A stretch of DNA of 64,000 nucleotides from Octopus sinensis (Eukaryota), in contig NC_042997.1 in the NCBI RefSeq assembly GCF_006345805.1, positions 105,462,001 through 105,526,000 on the forward strand. The letters are read 5' to 3'. A program made the translations under genes and the position numbers. Below, piece by piece: positions 1 through 13,936 of this stretch. A model generated the notes under the pieces. It did no database searches. It was not told where the DNA came from and saw nothing but the letters and a program-made list of their open reading frames with translations. Numbering within the stretch: the first letter of the stretch is position 1; each line of letters starts with the position of its first letter.

Positions 1-144
1 CGTTTTTTTTGTGATTACTTTCGTTAAACGGCCGCTTCCTTCAAGTCATCCATAGGTCCTTTTTTCCTATTCCACCGATGTTATTAGATTAGTTTTGTTT
101 CGTACGGAGAGCCCGATGTAGCACTTCATGTTGTTATTCAGCGC

Positions 145-340
145 GGAGCTAATTTATTATTCAAACCCTCAAGAATCCATCTCAACACATGCGTATGATA
201 CTCTGCCACTAATTCTGCTCATGATCAGAGATGTACATATCGTTAGCCACCAAGGGACATACTCAAATTGTTATGGTGAAACAACGGACAAGCAACTCTG
301 AGGTATTGAGCAGAATATTTGTTGTAGCCAATCTTTTAGA
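145..340 (+). repeat. Interspersed repeat fragment, same family as 10760-11167
   Basis: 'ctgctcatgatcagagatgtacatatcgttagccacc...ttatggtgaaacaacggacaagcaa' closely matches the reverse complement of ~10790-10870 ('ctgctcgtgatcacagatgcacatatcgtcagccacc...ttatggtcaaacaactgacaagcaa'). Confidence 0.7.
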
Positions 341-1202
341 ACATAACAAAAAATGTACATGTTAAAACTTCCAATCAGTTATGATCAAAAGCAATGATAA
401 CCAGTGCCTGGTTCTATATCATTGTTACCTTGATGGTCAGGTGCGATCGCCGTTTGTCAGAATCACTTTCCCACTACTCATCTCTTTGATAGGGCCGTAA
501 TCCTGGATGAAGCATAAGCCGTTGAAGTATCCTGGCACCTAGAGTGTCATTAAAAGCTCCCAGCCCAATGCCAGTCGACTAATGTAATCGGTGATGAGTA
601 AGAGCGATGACGCATTTGGGGAGATCCAAGGCATCGCTGAAAATGAACTAACTAATCTAATCCGGAGGACTGTCGAGTCGAAGCCAATGCATAAATTCCA
701 ACAATCTCTGGACTGGCAGTGCTGCTGGACAGCACAATCAATATGAAATAAGCTCTAAATGTAAGGAAGTGCTGTCATTCGACTGAAGATTTTTCATGGT
801 TGCAGACTGATACAAGAGAAAACAAAAGAGGAAAAAGTACATCCTTCCTCATTTATTAGTGAATTATTCATCACTGATCCGGTTAACACGTTATGCTCAC
901 TTCTCATCCGTATTACACTTATCACAAATATATTTGCTATGACATGGGACAGTGATCGGTCAAAGATTCTGCTTAGACTATAAAAGCCATCCACACTGCT
1001 CAGCACATCTTGTAGATTCGGAACGAAACCTAATTACCTCATATGCTTTATTATTTTTCCTCATATAATTCCTTTAACATGTTGCTTTAAAAAGAAAACC
1101 CATAAAAAAACAAGGATATGTATGTTGTGGGTGTTATTATCAACTGGGCTTTGTACATAACACAGAACATAATTAACTTTCTTTTGACGGGGTGACAATA
1201 TA

Positions 1203-1413
1203 CAAGAGAATGCTGAAAAGTTCCTGTCTTTGGGTCAAAGAAAATACAAGACGATAAATTATGAGTTTATTCAACATATTCACCTCTCAGACCCACACAA
1301 ATATCGCAGCAGTCCTTCAGTTTTTCTAAGCCCTATGAAAGAATTCGGAAGGTTAGGCCTTCAACAAGGCCTTTTGCAATACCCTTAAAGCTAAGATTTG
1401 AAATGCCCCCTTA
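1203..1413. mobile_element. Degenerate mariner-type MITE
   Basis: Starts after TA with the mariner-like end 'caagagaatgctgaaaagttcctg'; the right end is only loosely complementary. ~210 bp, no ORF. Confidence 0.45.
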
Positions 1414-1464
1414 CCATTGAATCTCAGTTAATTATCCGGTATTAATATATCGTTTAATGAGGAC

Positions 1465-1620
1465 TGTTGTTTGGTAAAATCGTTAGAGAATGAAACACCG
1501 CGGACTGCTCTGACTTGCGCCGCTCCGGTTCGATAAAGATGTACCAGTCATGTACGTGGTTCGATATAATCGTTTGTTCACTTCTACCGAAGTTCAAGCC
1601 TTGCGTCTATGCTAGAAGCA
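1465..1620 (+). mobile_element. Highly degenerate SINE (family of 60395-60760)
   Basis: 'ggttcgataaagatgtaccagtcatgtacgtggttcgatataatcg' resembles the family core 'gtcgattaaataagtaccagttacgcactgaggtcgatataatcg' at ~60515-60557. Confidence 0.45.
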
Positions 1621-1820
1621 ATATATCGATTTGTCCTGCCATCCGATGAGAGCTAATATCGACCATAAAATGTAAAAGAAATAAATTGTATATTTTATTA
1701 CTGTATTTGTTTTGGCGAGATATATAAAACGTGCACTCTTTGTCCTTGTGTTCAACTATGCATATGCCGAAATATAAACCTCACTATATAATTCTCTCAC
1801 CTCCTTCATTCGTTCTAAGA

Positions 1821-1863
<43 letters not shown>

Positions 1864-3216
1864 TGTGTGTGTGTATGCGCGTGTGTGCGCGCCGCGGAGA
1901 AGTGGGAGAGGAAGCCAGGAATGAGGACAGAATTAGATGGCATGAGAACAAAGAAATCAAAATATGTTAATCGGCAAAGTTAAAAGTTTTCCCTAGAAAA
2001 AACTATTTAAAACATTCTACATATGTTCCTTGAATTTCAAATCGTAATTTATTGCATTAAAAGCAAAATCTTTGATATAAGTTGACATTATTTTCTTAGA
2101 ATAGTATTTCGGAATTTAAAATATAATTTGGAATTTGACAGAAATCAAGCCACATAATTTACATTGATAAAATTTTTTCTAAAGTAAAGAAAGAAAAAAT
2201 AATAATTCCCTTCTAAAAATACGTCATGCGGAGATTTTCAAAGATTTTCAGATTAAAAGATAACTAAATCATAAGCCAACTTAAGTAACTCACGTGGGCC
2301 AATGACATAAATTTAGATAAAAACATTATAACCTGACGTAGTGGCTGACGTAGTCAAAAATTCCTAGTCAATTTTAAAATGTCCCCCCTATATTAAAAAT
2401 TCAGGTTAAAAATTGTAATAATTCCAAGAATTCTTTATAATTCATTTCACAGTAGAACAGGCATATCCATCGAAGAGAGTGCAAATGACGGCAAAGGGAC
2501 TTTGAAAAACACAGATTCATTGATTAACAGAAAATTCATCAAATAATCGACTGGTTAATTGGATAAGTAGATAGCCGATTGAGGAATATTAAAGGAGTGA
2601 AATAGAGCCAGCGCGTTTGTCAATTGCTTGCAAAATGGTTCTTCAGAGATACAACAAATTATGTTTCAACACATGAGTCCACATCAAGAATTTTGGAAAA
2701 CAGATATAAAATCCAAATAATCTATATTCATATACATTCATAGGGGATAATCTAATCCTTGTTCGCATTCAAAAGAATAGTTTATGAATATATTCCCAAC
2801 TTACTGGACCTCATCAATACAGAATAATCTTCTAAGATTGCATTAATTAATAAACGATTGTGTTTGCACGCAGAAAAAAGGTACGACGTTGTTTTCGTCA
2901 GCGTAATTTGCATAATTAAAACAATAAAATAAAGTAAGAAAAACAAATAAAAGACGTCAACATAAGGAGCAGTCTAATGAATAACCTAGGCGAAAACTTT
3001 TCATTTGATTTGGATTTGTTTTCAAATTAATTAATAAACGATTAATACTGAATGATGATTGTTGCTGACTCTCAAAGAATGAAGGAGATGACTTCATGGG
3101 AGTGCATATTCTGTGCGCCATTCCAAAATATTAAGTAAGACACTGTTACTAGACAGCAATGCTGCAACATCTGACGAATTGAAGTGTGTATAGACAAAAA
3201 CAAATAGACATACTAC

Positions 3217-3279
<63 letters not shown>

Positions 3280-3303
3280 ATATGTGTGTGTGTGTGTGTG
3301 TGT

Positions 3304-3510
3304 GGAGGCGCAATGGCCTAGTGGTTAGGGCAGCGGACTCGCGGTCGTAGGATCGCGGTTTCGATTCCCAGACCGGGCGTTGTGAGTGTTTATTGACCGA
3401 AAACACCTTAAAGCTCCTGCTGTACTCTTTCACCACTCTTTCTCCCACTCTTTCTTCTGTTGGCCTGCTCGCTTAGCCAGCGGGGTGGCCACATTCGAAG
3501 GCTAAAACAA
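3304..3510 (+). mobile_element. tRNA-derived SINE head (internal pol III promoter)
   Basis: A box TGGCCTAGTGG (3314-3324) and B box GGTTTCGATTCCC (~3357-3369), followed by a non-tRNA body; no clean acceptor stem, so a SINE and not a tRNA gene. Confidence 0.75.
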
Positions 3511-3710
3511 TGCGAACGCGCACACACACACATACAGACATGTATACATGTATGTATGAATGCAGGACCGGCGTTTTCCAGTGTCAAAGTCCATGCCTTT
3601 TTCACTTAGCATTAATCGGCCAGTGGTTATAGAACTTACTCCTGGTTAAGGTGATGAGCATTGGAACTGAACATGAACACACGTGATTGCGAAGCACAAG
3701 TTACCATGCA

Positions 3711-3777
<67 letters not shown>

Positions 3778-3793
3778 ATATGTATGTGTGTGC

Positions 3794-3826
<33 letters not shown>

Positions 3827-4949
3827 TGTATGTATGTATGTATGTATGTATGAGACTGAGAGGGACAGAGACAGTCCGAGCGTGCGTGCGTGTACATATC
3901 GTCTTTCGTGGCAGCTTTCCGAAATCTGGAAAACAGAAACCTGTGGGGCATAGATATCACGCATACATATTCACCATATTGTTGGAGACGATACCCAATA
4001 ACAGAAACCAGTAAAAGATCTGATTTCTAACAGGCACAAGGCAACAAATTTGCGGCTGGTTTTAGTAGCTTAAATCGAATTTATCATTTGATTAGTGATA
4101 TATTTACTTAAGCCGGAAATATGAAAAGCAACATTGATTTATACATTACATATACGTATGTGTGTCTGCGTATTTGTATAAGTGCGTTTGCAGAAGTATA
4201 TATGTATATATGTGTGCATATATCCGCATGCAAATACGTTTATCTAAAATTGCCTTAGAGAAAGATCTTTAAGTGCCAAGAAAATTAAGCTTTATTATTT
4301 GCTTCACTCTTCATGCATCCAATTTTATTTCTTAGCTGGAAGACTGGTGAATAATTTACCATTAACTGTATATTCAAGTGCATTCGATATTTGTATCAAA
4401 TTGTTCATAGATCTATATAATAACTGTTATTTCGATCTCTTACTAAGTGACACCCAGCTGTGCCATGGAATATTTTAGAACTTTGTTACTGTTGATTTGA
4501 ATTGCCTTCTGTAATTACTTGATTTTGATGTGAGTACGCAGTAAATTATTTTCTATTGCTTTGTTCCAACTCAAACTTCAAATGTGGTTCAGTAATCGAT
4601 GTATCAACAATTTCTCAGCAAAATTTCACTAATTTCAGTGTTGGTATCACTGCAAGCTAAGTATTTTTGCAACTTGTATATAGTCCATGAAATCGAAAGT
4701 TCACGGGAATGTATCAGATGGTTTTATTCAAAATTTCAGTAACACCCCGAGATCATTTTGCGCTTAAAACTGTCACTATATGATTCCAAATATTTCAAGA
4801 GTATAACTTCAATTGATCATATTGCTCCAATTAATAGAGGATATTCCAGATATCAGAGGCCTAATATTTGTCTATACTTCTCTCACAACACAAACGACGC
4901 AAAGACACCGTAGGAAGGGAATACGAGCTTCAGAAATGATGGTCGAATC

Positions 4950-5400
4950 TTCTCTCTGCCAAGGCACTCCAAACCTCTGTAAATAGGTTGTTGAAAGTAG
5001 ACGACCCTTTATGCAAGGAGAACTCGACTCTTCTACAACGAAACAGAAACGCAAACACTCTTACCTGATTAAAGCAGATACAAGTTACGGTGGTCATGCG
5101 GTAATACGAATACCCTATAAACGATCTTCATCTCTGCTCAGCCTTTACCGTATAACGTTCTCACAAATGATTTCTGCGTTAAAGTGTCTGGCCTTCTACG
5201 CACGTAACCTTGTCACAGTTGCCATCAGATCTGGCTCGAACCGCATTCTAAACATCTGAAATGATTAAATAAGAACGCCTCTGTTCTGCATGTTGACAAA
5301 CACCGCCAGATAGAGAACAGCATCGACTTTTCTTCATTCATGAGTGCTTCTGTCACCAACTCATTTTTCTACACTGGAATCTCTTCTGCGTCCTGGCGTA
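4950..5400 (-). pseudogene. Possible highly degraded Tc1-like transposase
   Basis: Frameshifted minus-strand peptides 'RMRFEP', 'FVVEESS..KGR' and 'RFGVPW' occur in the order of Tc1 motifs (RDRF; FSDESRF..DGR; RFGG..VW). Weak. Confidence 0.3.
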
Positions 5401-5479
5401 AACATCAGTTGCCGAATGTAGACTTAATTTAACGCTTATCTTGTTTTCAAATGATCTAGTGATACCAGTTTTAAAAGGA

Positions 5480-6234
5480 ACATCTCAGCAGTTCATCGCA
5501 TCAGATTTCTGCGCGCTCTACTATACTATAGAACAACTTAGGGCAACACGAGAAAGACGAATCTATCAACGGAACTCAATACCATTTCTAGTCACACATA
5601 ATCCACATCATCAAAACATTTTAAACATCATCAAAACAAATTTGCCAATCATGAAACGAAGTGAAAAATTAAAAATAAAACATAAGTAATCAAATACTTA
5701 TCTTAAGCAAAAGACAACCACACAAAGAAACTATCAACAAAGGTAAAATTCACCATGAACAAACAGGTTAAAACATTTACAGTATCCAAGTGTAATGATA
5801 ACAAATGTGGAACGTGCCAATACATGCATACTGGTAAATCCATTAGAACAAAAAAAAAAAAGGACAGATTTTCAAAAATGCACATATGAACAGCAAAAGC
5901 AGAAATTTGATCTGCTTCATTAAATGCCCTAATTGCGAGGAATTATATATTGGCGAGACAAGGAATGAATTATTGGAATGCTCACGAGTCCACAGACAAC
6001 AAATCCGGCACACCAATGCTCGCCAAATTCCATTGGGTGAACATATAGAGACATATGGTCAGAAAATGCTTCTAATTTTTCCTTTCATATACTACATGAC
6101 ACAAGTAAGGTTGGAAGAAAAATAAAAGAAAAATGCTTCCTTAAAATGTTCAGACCTGTTCTGAACGGAAATAACAGCAATAGTATAACAACCAGTTAAT
6201 GATGTGGATTAAAAAAATATCTTTAACATATGAA
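5480..6234 (+). mobile_element. Penelope-like element 3' fragment (linker, Zn motif, GIY-YIG endonuclease)
   Basis: 'IPFLVTHNP' linker, 'CNDNKCGTCQYMHTG' at ~5791, and ORF 5886-6125 'NLICFIKCPNCEELYIGETRNEL...RVHRQQIR' (GIY-YIG); frameshifted. Confidence 0.85.
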
Positions 6235-6236
6235 TA

Positions 6237-7973
6237 CAGTGCCCCCTCTCTATAACGCGGGTGATGGGGTTCAAGAAAACCAACCGCGTTCTATCTGGGC
6301 CGCGGATTCACGAGTAAGAGAGGGGCAGACAATAATAGAAGAAAATGAGATAAAGTGCACGAACGAAAAAAAAACATTCAATCAAGTTTAACCTTTATTA
6401 TACAATACCAATAAATTACTTACAAAATATGATGAATTACAGCACTTACAGCAACTTTTTTTAAATATTTACATTGTTTATTTCCGTAAATAGTCCCTGT
6501 AGACTCTAAAATATGAATTTGCAATAAATTCTTATGAAATGATTTTACATTGCATTTCTGGTGCCATGCCACCTAGTGAATAATTTGAAAGCCCTTAAAA
6601 TTATGTTTCATTAATAAAGTTACATTGTATGAAAGTTCACATTTAATGGGGTTTTTTTTATTCAATCACATAAAAAAGTCTCACAGCTCCTGGCACAGTC
6701 CTTTCCTCATCTTAATCTGTGTCTTCCTGAGTAGGCAGACACAGATTCAGGTGCATGATGTAGACTGAGTCATAGTCTTCACAATCAGTGTATTCTATAA
6801 GTCTCTTGAGTGAGAAAGCCTCTGTGTGTGTCTTGGCTGAGGCTGGTGTCTCCGCTTCCTCTATGTCATCTTTTTCTGGCTCCTCCTTAACCTGCTCCAC
6901 AATCTGAGTGTCTGTCAGTGAATCTGTTGAGGGTATGGCTTCCTCTGCTTTCTGCCACCTGTTAACCCAGTCACTGGCTCCTCTAAGTGATCCTCTAGAC
7001 GCTGTTCTGCTGCCCGGATCTCCTCCTGAGTGAATCCCATGAATTCCTCTTTTTCTGGTTGTTGGGGCTGTGGGAAGGCTGCACCAAGGGCCTTGTTCCA
7101 CCAGTTGGCTATGATCTTGGTTCACACTGCGGCCCAGGCTCTGCCTGACAAGTATCTGGCATCCTTGATGGTAAGCTGCTTCAGATAGTGTGGAACTATA
7201 ATGGCACCTGACAGGGAGATGCCGCCACCCTGCTTCTGGACAAAGCAAGTGAAAACTGCTTTCTCAAGTTCAGTCAGTGGTAGTCCCGGCCTTCTTCCTA
7301 GCTAGGCCCCCACTGTCCACAACTGTATTTACATAACTCTTGAGGTTAGTCTCATCCTTAACCCAATCAGGCAAGGTGGACTCTGGAACACCAGTCTTTC
7401 TCGAAAGTTTGGTTTTGATTTTGCTATTTCTTATGCGGTCAACCAGATTTAACTTTTCCTTTACAGAATAGGATTTCCTCTTATGCATTGTGTATTCATA
7501 TGGTAAATTTATTTTAATATCTGCAGGACAGCTTGAAATTGTAATGAATGAAGTGGAATATGGTCTCCCTTTTATAGAAATAGTACCTCTAGGGTGTTAA
7601 TTACTTCCTTTAAATATAATTTGTTTGACTCATTCGGACCTTTTGATTGCTGGAAGTTTCTTCAAACGATACAATCAAATCGTAGAAAATAAACTGTCAA
7701 AACCGCCCTCCGGTCAAAAAGGTATTGTCTTCATCACACAATCAAATAAATTCTGCACACAAATCATGTAATTAGCACCCAATTACTGTTTTCAAGCTAT
7801 TAAGGTATATATTTCGTTGAAATTCGCTGAAATCCTGCTTTTAATCAAGATTTTTGCAAGTTGTGAGCAATAATAAAAGAGATTCTGCTTCAAATTATTT
7901 GGGGTCCATCAAACCACACGCGTTATATACGGGCATATGGTATAACTAGACGCCTTATAAAGAGAGAGCCCTG
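6237..7973 (-). mobile_element. Internally deleted pogo/Tigger DNA transposon
   Basis: 23-bp TIRs (6237-6259 cagtgccccctctctataacgcg; 7951-7973, 18/23 match) with TA on both sides. Minus strand: psq/CENP-B HTH 'RKSYSVKEKL...GVPESTL' (7270-7488), second HTH 'ELEKAVFTCFVQ...SLSGAII', then a jump to the end of DDE_1 'LTIKDARYLSGRAW' and an acidic tail. Confidence 0.9.
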
Positions 7974-8701
7974 TATAAGCAAATTACAGAAGACTCTGAA
8001 CGATTGAAATAAAAACGATCGAAACCAACTAAGTTTACATGTAAACTGCAAGCTAAATGGTTAAAATAAAAGCGGGATCTATGGCAGTGATATCGGTGCG
8101 CCCGGTAAACCGTAATATTTAACCTGCATGCGGGTTGGTCAAAGCCGTATTCGAAAAATTCCGCTTGTTAGAAGAAGTCAGTCATTTTACTACAGTTGTC
8201 AAGAACTCAACTGTCAGTTAAATATATTTTGAAATCAGATGATTACTACGAACGTATGAAAGCGCCAATTAAACATTACAACATATTATTCACCATAGTT
8301 GAGTAAAAATATTTACATTGATCCTGTCACCATTCAAGGGGTAGAATGAACTTATCAGAATAGTGTATATTTAGTCAGAACAAAGAATTTAGGGATTATT
8401 AATGTTTATAGTAGTGGGAGGAGATAATTGACCCAAGTGACCCAGTTATCTAAACTTCTAGCGTAGAGGAAGGATCGGCTCCGATCGTTTAGATTTTTAT
8501 CTCAAGTAAAATTGCTTATGCTTACTGGTCTGGGGTGAGGGAGGCAATCAATGCCAGGCTAGCCAACTAAATTATTAAAGGTGATGGGTCTATATGTCGG
8601 CTTAATCTTCGCAAAATATATACAAACATACACAAACACAACACTCACACGTACACACATACACGCATACACATACATTTATATGTTTATGCATAGATAA
8701 A

Positions 8702-9055
8702 TGCGGTGTGGCTGTGTGGTAAGCAGTTTGCTTCCCAAACACATGGTTCCGCGTTACACTTTGGGCAAATGTCTTCTACTATGACCTCGGATCGACCAAA
8801 GCCTTGTAAGTGGAATTGGTGGACCGAAACTAAAAGAAGCCCGCCGTATATATATATTTATATCTGTGTGTGCGAGTCTGTGTTTGTCCCCCACCAACGC
8901 TTGACAAAGGCGTGTTTACGTCCCTGTAACTTAGCGGTTCGGCAAAAGAGAACGATATACTTGGTACTACAAAGAATAAGTCCCGGAGTCGATTTCTTCG
9001 ACTAAAGGTAGTGTTCTAGCATGGCTACAGTCAAATGACTGGAACAATTAAAAGT
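8702..9055 (+). mobile_element. tRNA-derived SINE with internal (TA)/(TG) tract (OR2-like family, name tentative)
   Basis: Head 'gtggctgtgtggtaagcagtttgcttccc', core 'ttgggcaaatgtcttctactat...gaaactaaaagaagcccg', tail 'gcatggctacagtcaaatgactggaac'; homologous to 21538-21905 and 36250-36627. Confidence 0.85.
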
Positions 9056-9097
9056 ATAATGGAAAATACATATATAGATATATACAACAATTCTATT

Positions 9098-9150
<53 letters not shown>

Positions 9151-9831
9151 TCTTCTGCACTGAGATGTAAGGCAAAGAAATGTATGAGTTAAATGTGCAT
9201 TTTGTGACGAATTCCCTAGCACAGACTGACTTGCAACACAGTGGCTAACACTTTACATGCATACTTGAACACTTACTCATGAAAATTCGTTCGCACATAG
9301 TCATGTAAACTTCAATTAACTGTATTATCCTGCAAACATTGTTACAGCAATCTCCTTCTAAGACACTTCGTCGTATTTCACGAAGAAAGAATACGTACGA
9401 AGGGAAGAAAAGTTGTGAAAAATAAATACATAAAAATATGTGAAATATTCTGTAGCGATACAATCTAGATGTGATTTTTCTAGCAATCTCAAAGCCCATT
9501 TGCAACGCATATTTCAGAGATATGTGTACTCACCTATGAGGGATGAAAGCTGTTGAGACAAATTTTAACACCGCATAGACACCATAGTAAAATTCAAAGC
9601 AGCTTTCTTACATCAGAAGAGTGAATTGAGTCAGCCACCTGAAGCTTCTCTAAAACAACTCTTTTAGCAGCAAATTAAATAGTTATTTCAGCAGGAATGC
9701 AGGTGCAAAATCATTCTCAACAAGATCTTAATCGGTGTTTTCTCAAATTCTCTGCAAAACAAAGCAGACTAAATTCTCAGAGTGTCAGTGTTTGGATTAC
9801 CACAACATTAGAGGATTACTGAAGAAATAAT

Positions 9832-9837
9832 AATAAC

Positions 9838-9910
<73 letters not shown>
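9832..9910. repeat. (TAA)n microsatellite
   Basis: Direct reading. Confidence 0.95.
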
Positions 9911-9914
<4 letters not shown>

Positions 9915-10521
9915 GGGTTTGATTATTGGTCACAAGGGCCTAGCACATAGAAAATACCAAGGGGTTACAGGATATGTAACTGTGCACATATATACTAAAT
10001 TGGGGTGAAGGACAAAAATGTACTACAGTACGATGTACAATCGTTTAACGATTTAATATAATCTATTCGTCCTTATCTGCATGTATCTATCATTCTGCCT
10101 ATCTCACTCTCTCTCTCCCTAGGTTAGTTTTATACAGCTGTGTTTCTTAATATATCATCAACTCCTCACAGTACACAGCCCATAACTTTCATAGTTGTAA
10201 TGAGGTGGAAGTGTGATTGCCGTGGCTCAGAGATTCCAGAATAGCTTGTCTATCACCACACTTCTTATACTGTATACCACTTGGACCATCTGGGCAGGTC
10301 AACTCTGCATGTCCGGACGATATATATATATATACATTCATACATACATACAGCTGTGCATGCATATGTATATATGCGCATATATATATACACACATACA
10401 CATATGCATATAATTTATTAAAATGTACTCACGAGAATGTAATCATTACTGTATTTAGATATATTAAAGCTAAACTCTAAAGGGACATTCTGTATATACA
10501 CACCTCCACGAGAAAACTCAC

Positions 10522-10597
<76 letters not shown>

Positions 10598-10759
10598 CAC
10601 ACATGTGTACGTACGTGTCTGTGTATGTAAGTATGTATAAAGAAAAACACGCCCAGACACACTCATAAAATACATTTATCAAAACTTGTGATCAGGATCC
10701 CCACGACTTCGATTGCTGTCGATGCTGAATTATCGCTCTCTCTAGATTCCGTTTACACG

Positions 10760-11167
10760 CTTTCATTTCACAGATTTGCTTGTCAGTTGTTTGACCATAA
10801 CAAGTTGGTGGCTGACGATATGTGCATCTGTGATCACGAGCAGAAGTAGTATCATGTGCTGAGAGGAGTTCGTTGCGATTTGGATAATTCACCTCTGTAA
10901 ATATGTGTTTTGTTCAACATCCTTAAGCAACACTTATTCAGGGACCTATTCAGTAGAATGGGATCTTCAACCTGAAGAAAATTCTAACAGGGTCACGTCT
11001 GTAACGTCATGTGCTGTTTATGCGCTTTTTATTATTCAGGTCGCGCACATATGGTTGGGATGCATTTGCCTGGTATACCCTTATCAGACGTGTAATCATG
11101 ATGGATATATTGGGTATGATATATTTTACCTGTGTCACTTTGGTGGTATGCGCTGCTCTCTCACTCA
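10760..11167 (-). repeat. Interspersed repeat (SINE or LINE-3'-like), same family as 145-340
   Basis: Homology to 145-340; abuts the compound microsatellite at 11168. Confidence 0.65.
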
Positions 11168-11181
11168 GTAATAATAATTAC

Positions 11182-11224
<43 letters not shown>

Positions 11225-11310
11225 TGATGATGATGATGATGATGAAGAAGAAGAAGAAGAAGAAGAAGAAGAAGAAGAAGAAGAAGAAGAAGAAGAAGAA
11301 GAAGAAGAAG
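11168..11310. repeat. Compound (TAA)n-(TGA)n-(GAA)n microsatellite
   Basis: Direct reading; explains the poly-N/M/K ORF 11011-11334. Confidence 0.95.
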
Positions 11311-12954
11311 AACTTTTTATATTTAGTCACGTGATCCCGAGCGAATACAGTATAATACAGTCTACGTTGAAAAGGTACTTACAATCATTGCGGGCGTGCG
11401 AAAGTGAAGTTATGTAAAAACGAGGCTATACGTGAAAGACGCTATACAATAAAAGTAAGCTCAGGTTGATTTATAAAACACACGCACTCACATACACATA
11501 CACACGCGAGCGCATACAGATACACACAAAAAGACATGGACACAAGCACACATTCATATGCAAATAATTAGAATAAATTTTAAATGTTTCATAAATCAAC
11601 ACCTGAGTTGCATCCAACGCACGTGTAGATCCTGAAAACGTTAGAACCAGGAACAAGATACACATTAGACAAATTATTAGTAAATGAAGAATTTTTCAAT
11701 CGATCCAAGAAGAGCAATGTTGTTGTATCGGGCCTCCTTCTATCTCGTTCTGGGAAACAAACAGTAAAAACAGACAAACTACAGTATGACAAGAAAATGT
11801 AATCTAATATATAAGAACCAGGATATATAGATATGATATATAAATATATTTATGGTTTTTGTAAAGCAGATGACAACCCACTGAAATGCTTATTGTATAT
11901 ATTGCACGGATCCTAAACAGAGACGAGTATTAATTCATGCTTGACAAAACTGTACCAAATCAACTTGAGAAGAGGAAAATGTAACTAAAACCACATTGTA
12001 TGTTAAGTTAAATAATGGAAAATAATAAGAGAAATATAGTAATCACAGGCTTACAATGAATAATGAACAAGCAAGACATCATTGCACGCACAGATAAATG
12101 GCGGTTTTAGAAAGAGATGTAATTGGCGCATTATATTAAGACGTTAAACAGATCTAAATACCTAAAGTAAGATACTCAGTATCAATAGCCTAGCTTCTAC
12201 AGTGATAAGTTACCATAAAAATATTCCCGGTTGGACGTTAACATTATTAGGAAGACTAGACAGGTAAGTAAGGAAACTAATGACTTTATCTTTATTACAC
12301 GACCAAAGCTTATAAACAAACATATAGATACTGCGAATACTGTAAGCGAGTAGTTATTGTGTTCTGTAAGCAGTAACTTATATCAAAATATCTATTGTGA
12401 AAGTACGAAAATATCTGGTAAAGTATAATGGAAACTAATATAAATACTCATAACACGAGAACAAAATAAAGCAGCTGTTTTCTTGCCTTTAGGAAAAACA
12501 CCATATATAAAACACAGGGTGTATTAGTTGTGCTATAGGAAGAAGAATAATGAGAGAAACTTTGAAAGAATTGAAAATTACTGCAATGTCTCTTTTTAAG
12601 ATATGTTCCAGAGGCATCGTTTAGACTGCGGAATACAAGGCAGTATTCCAGTCGATTATAGATTCATGTATTTATGATTTTATATCATAAAATTTGTGAA
12701 AGAGAGTGGCGTTGGATAAGTGTTTCGAAAGTGCTTATGATTGACACACTGCAATTCCTGCCAAACTAATAAGGGAATGTTTATGTAACTCAAACAGAAT
12801 AAATATCACAAGGTATTTGTCTTGGAAGATTTAAAAAGATTTCTCAGTTTCTTTGGTGACTTGTAGATATTTCAACAATAGACATACATAACCATGCACA
12901 CATATACACGCTGCACAGGAAATCCACTGAAATCCACCACCCCAACACACAAGC

Positions 12955-13031
<77 letters not shown>

Positions 13032-13936
13032 TACATATATATTTGTTTGTATGTGTGTATGCATGTATATATGTATCAGAAGTGTAGCTGTATAGTTAGC
13101 GTTAACCAACTATACCTTTCTCACATAAGGAATTTCACAACCTAATGGTATAGTGAAATGTTTTGTCCAATCTTCGGGGCAAACACCAATGACATGGCTG
13201 CAAAGCAAACTTGGTATCTCTATAGCTAAGCATACATGTCCATTTAACGGCCAGTCAGGGTTAATGGTAAGAAACCAATTACAATAAATCTTGAAATAGT
13301 AAGTTGATACTAGCCAACCTAATACTAAAACATACATAAATGAAGTAAAATCAAAATTTGGGAGGTCAACGTTATAGAAACTTACATTTAACAAAATAAT
13401 TTACATTTCCTTTTTAAATCCACAGGATTTCCTGTAATCCAATATGCGAGCGCATGTGTATATGTACACGTACATATACACATTCATATATACATATATA
13501 CATACGTACGTACACGCAGACATACATACGTACATACATGCATACATACACGCACATATTTCTCTGTGTGTGTGGGTGGGTGTGTACCTATCAGTATATG
13601 TACGTGTGTATATTCTGAGTATATATCACTGCATTTTTACTAGGTTCCATTATTTTAGTACCACATTAGAGCGCTAAACACACAGTTACAAATACACTGA
13701 AGGTTATGCCGAGAAGCATGTTTTTTAAGATGATAGAGCACCTTCTTTATAGAAATAGACCATCAGATTCATACTTCGACAGAGTAAAGTGACGAATACT
13801 ATAATAGTCTTACTGCCTCACCATAATGATATGGAATTGGACGAACTTGTATTTAAAAATCTTAAATGTAGACAATAAACTTCTGTTAATAGTATAACTT
13901 GACAATGAAAATACGGCTATGTGGAAAATGAATGTC

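Noticed and set aside
2290-2360. Promoter-like cluster (CACGTG, CCAAT, two CTGACGTA)
   Set aside because: Short motifs with no adjacent gene or TSS evidence; plausible by chance or as TE debris.
3304-3380. tRNA gene
   Set aside because: A and B boxes are present but there is no clean acceptor stem or terminator, and it runs into a repeat body; treated as a SINE head.
10200-10320. RTE-like 'WAGQLCMSGR' remnant
   Set aside because: A single short motif resemblance to LRWAGHV.RM; not enough to call.
12203-12263. 61-nt candidate exon with a strong donor (CAG|gtaagt)
   Set aside because: Its phase is incompatible with the 13130 candidate and the peptide is unrecognised.
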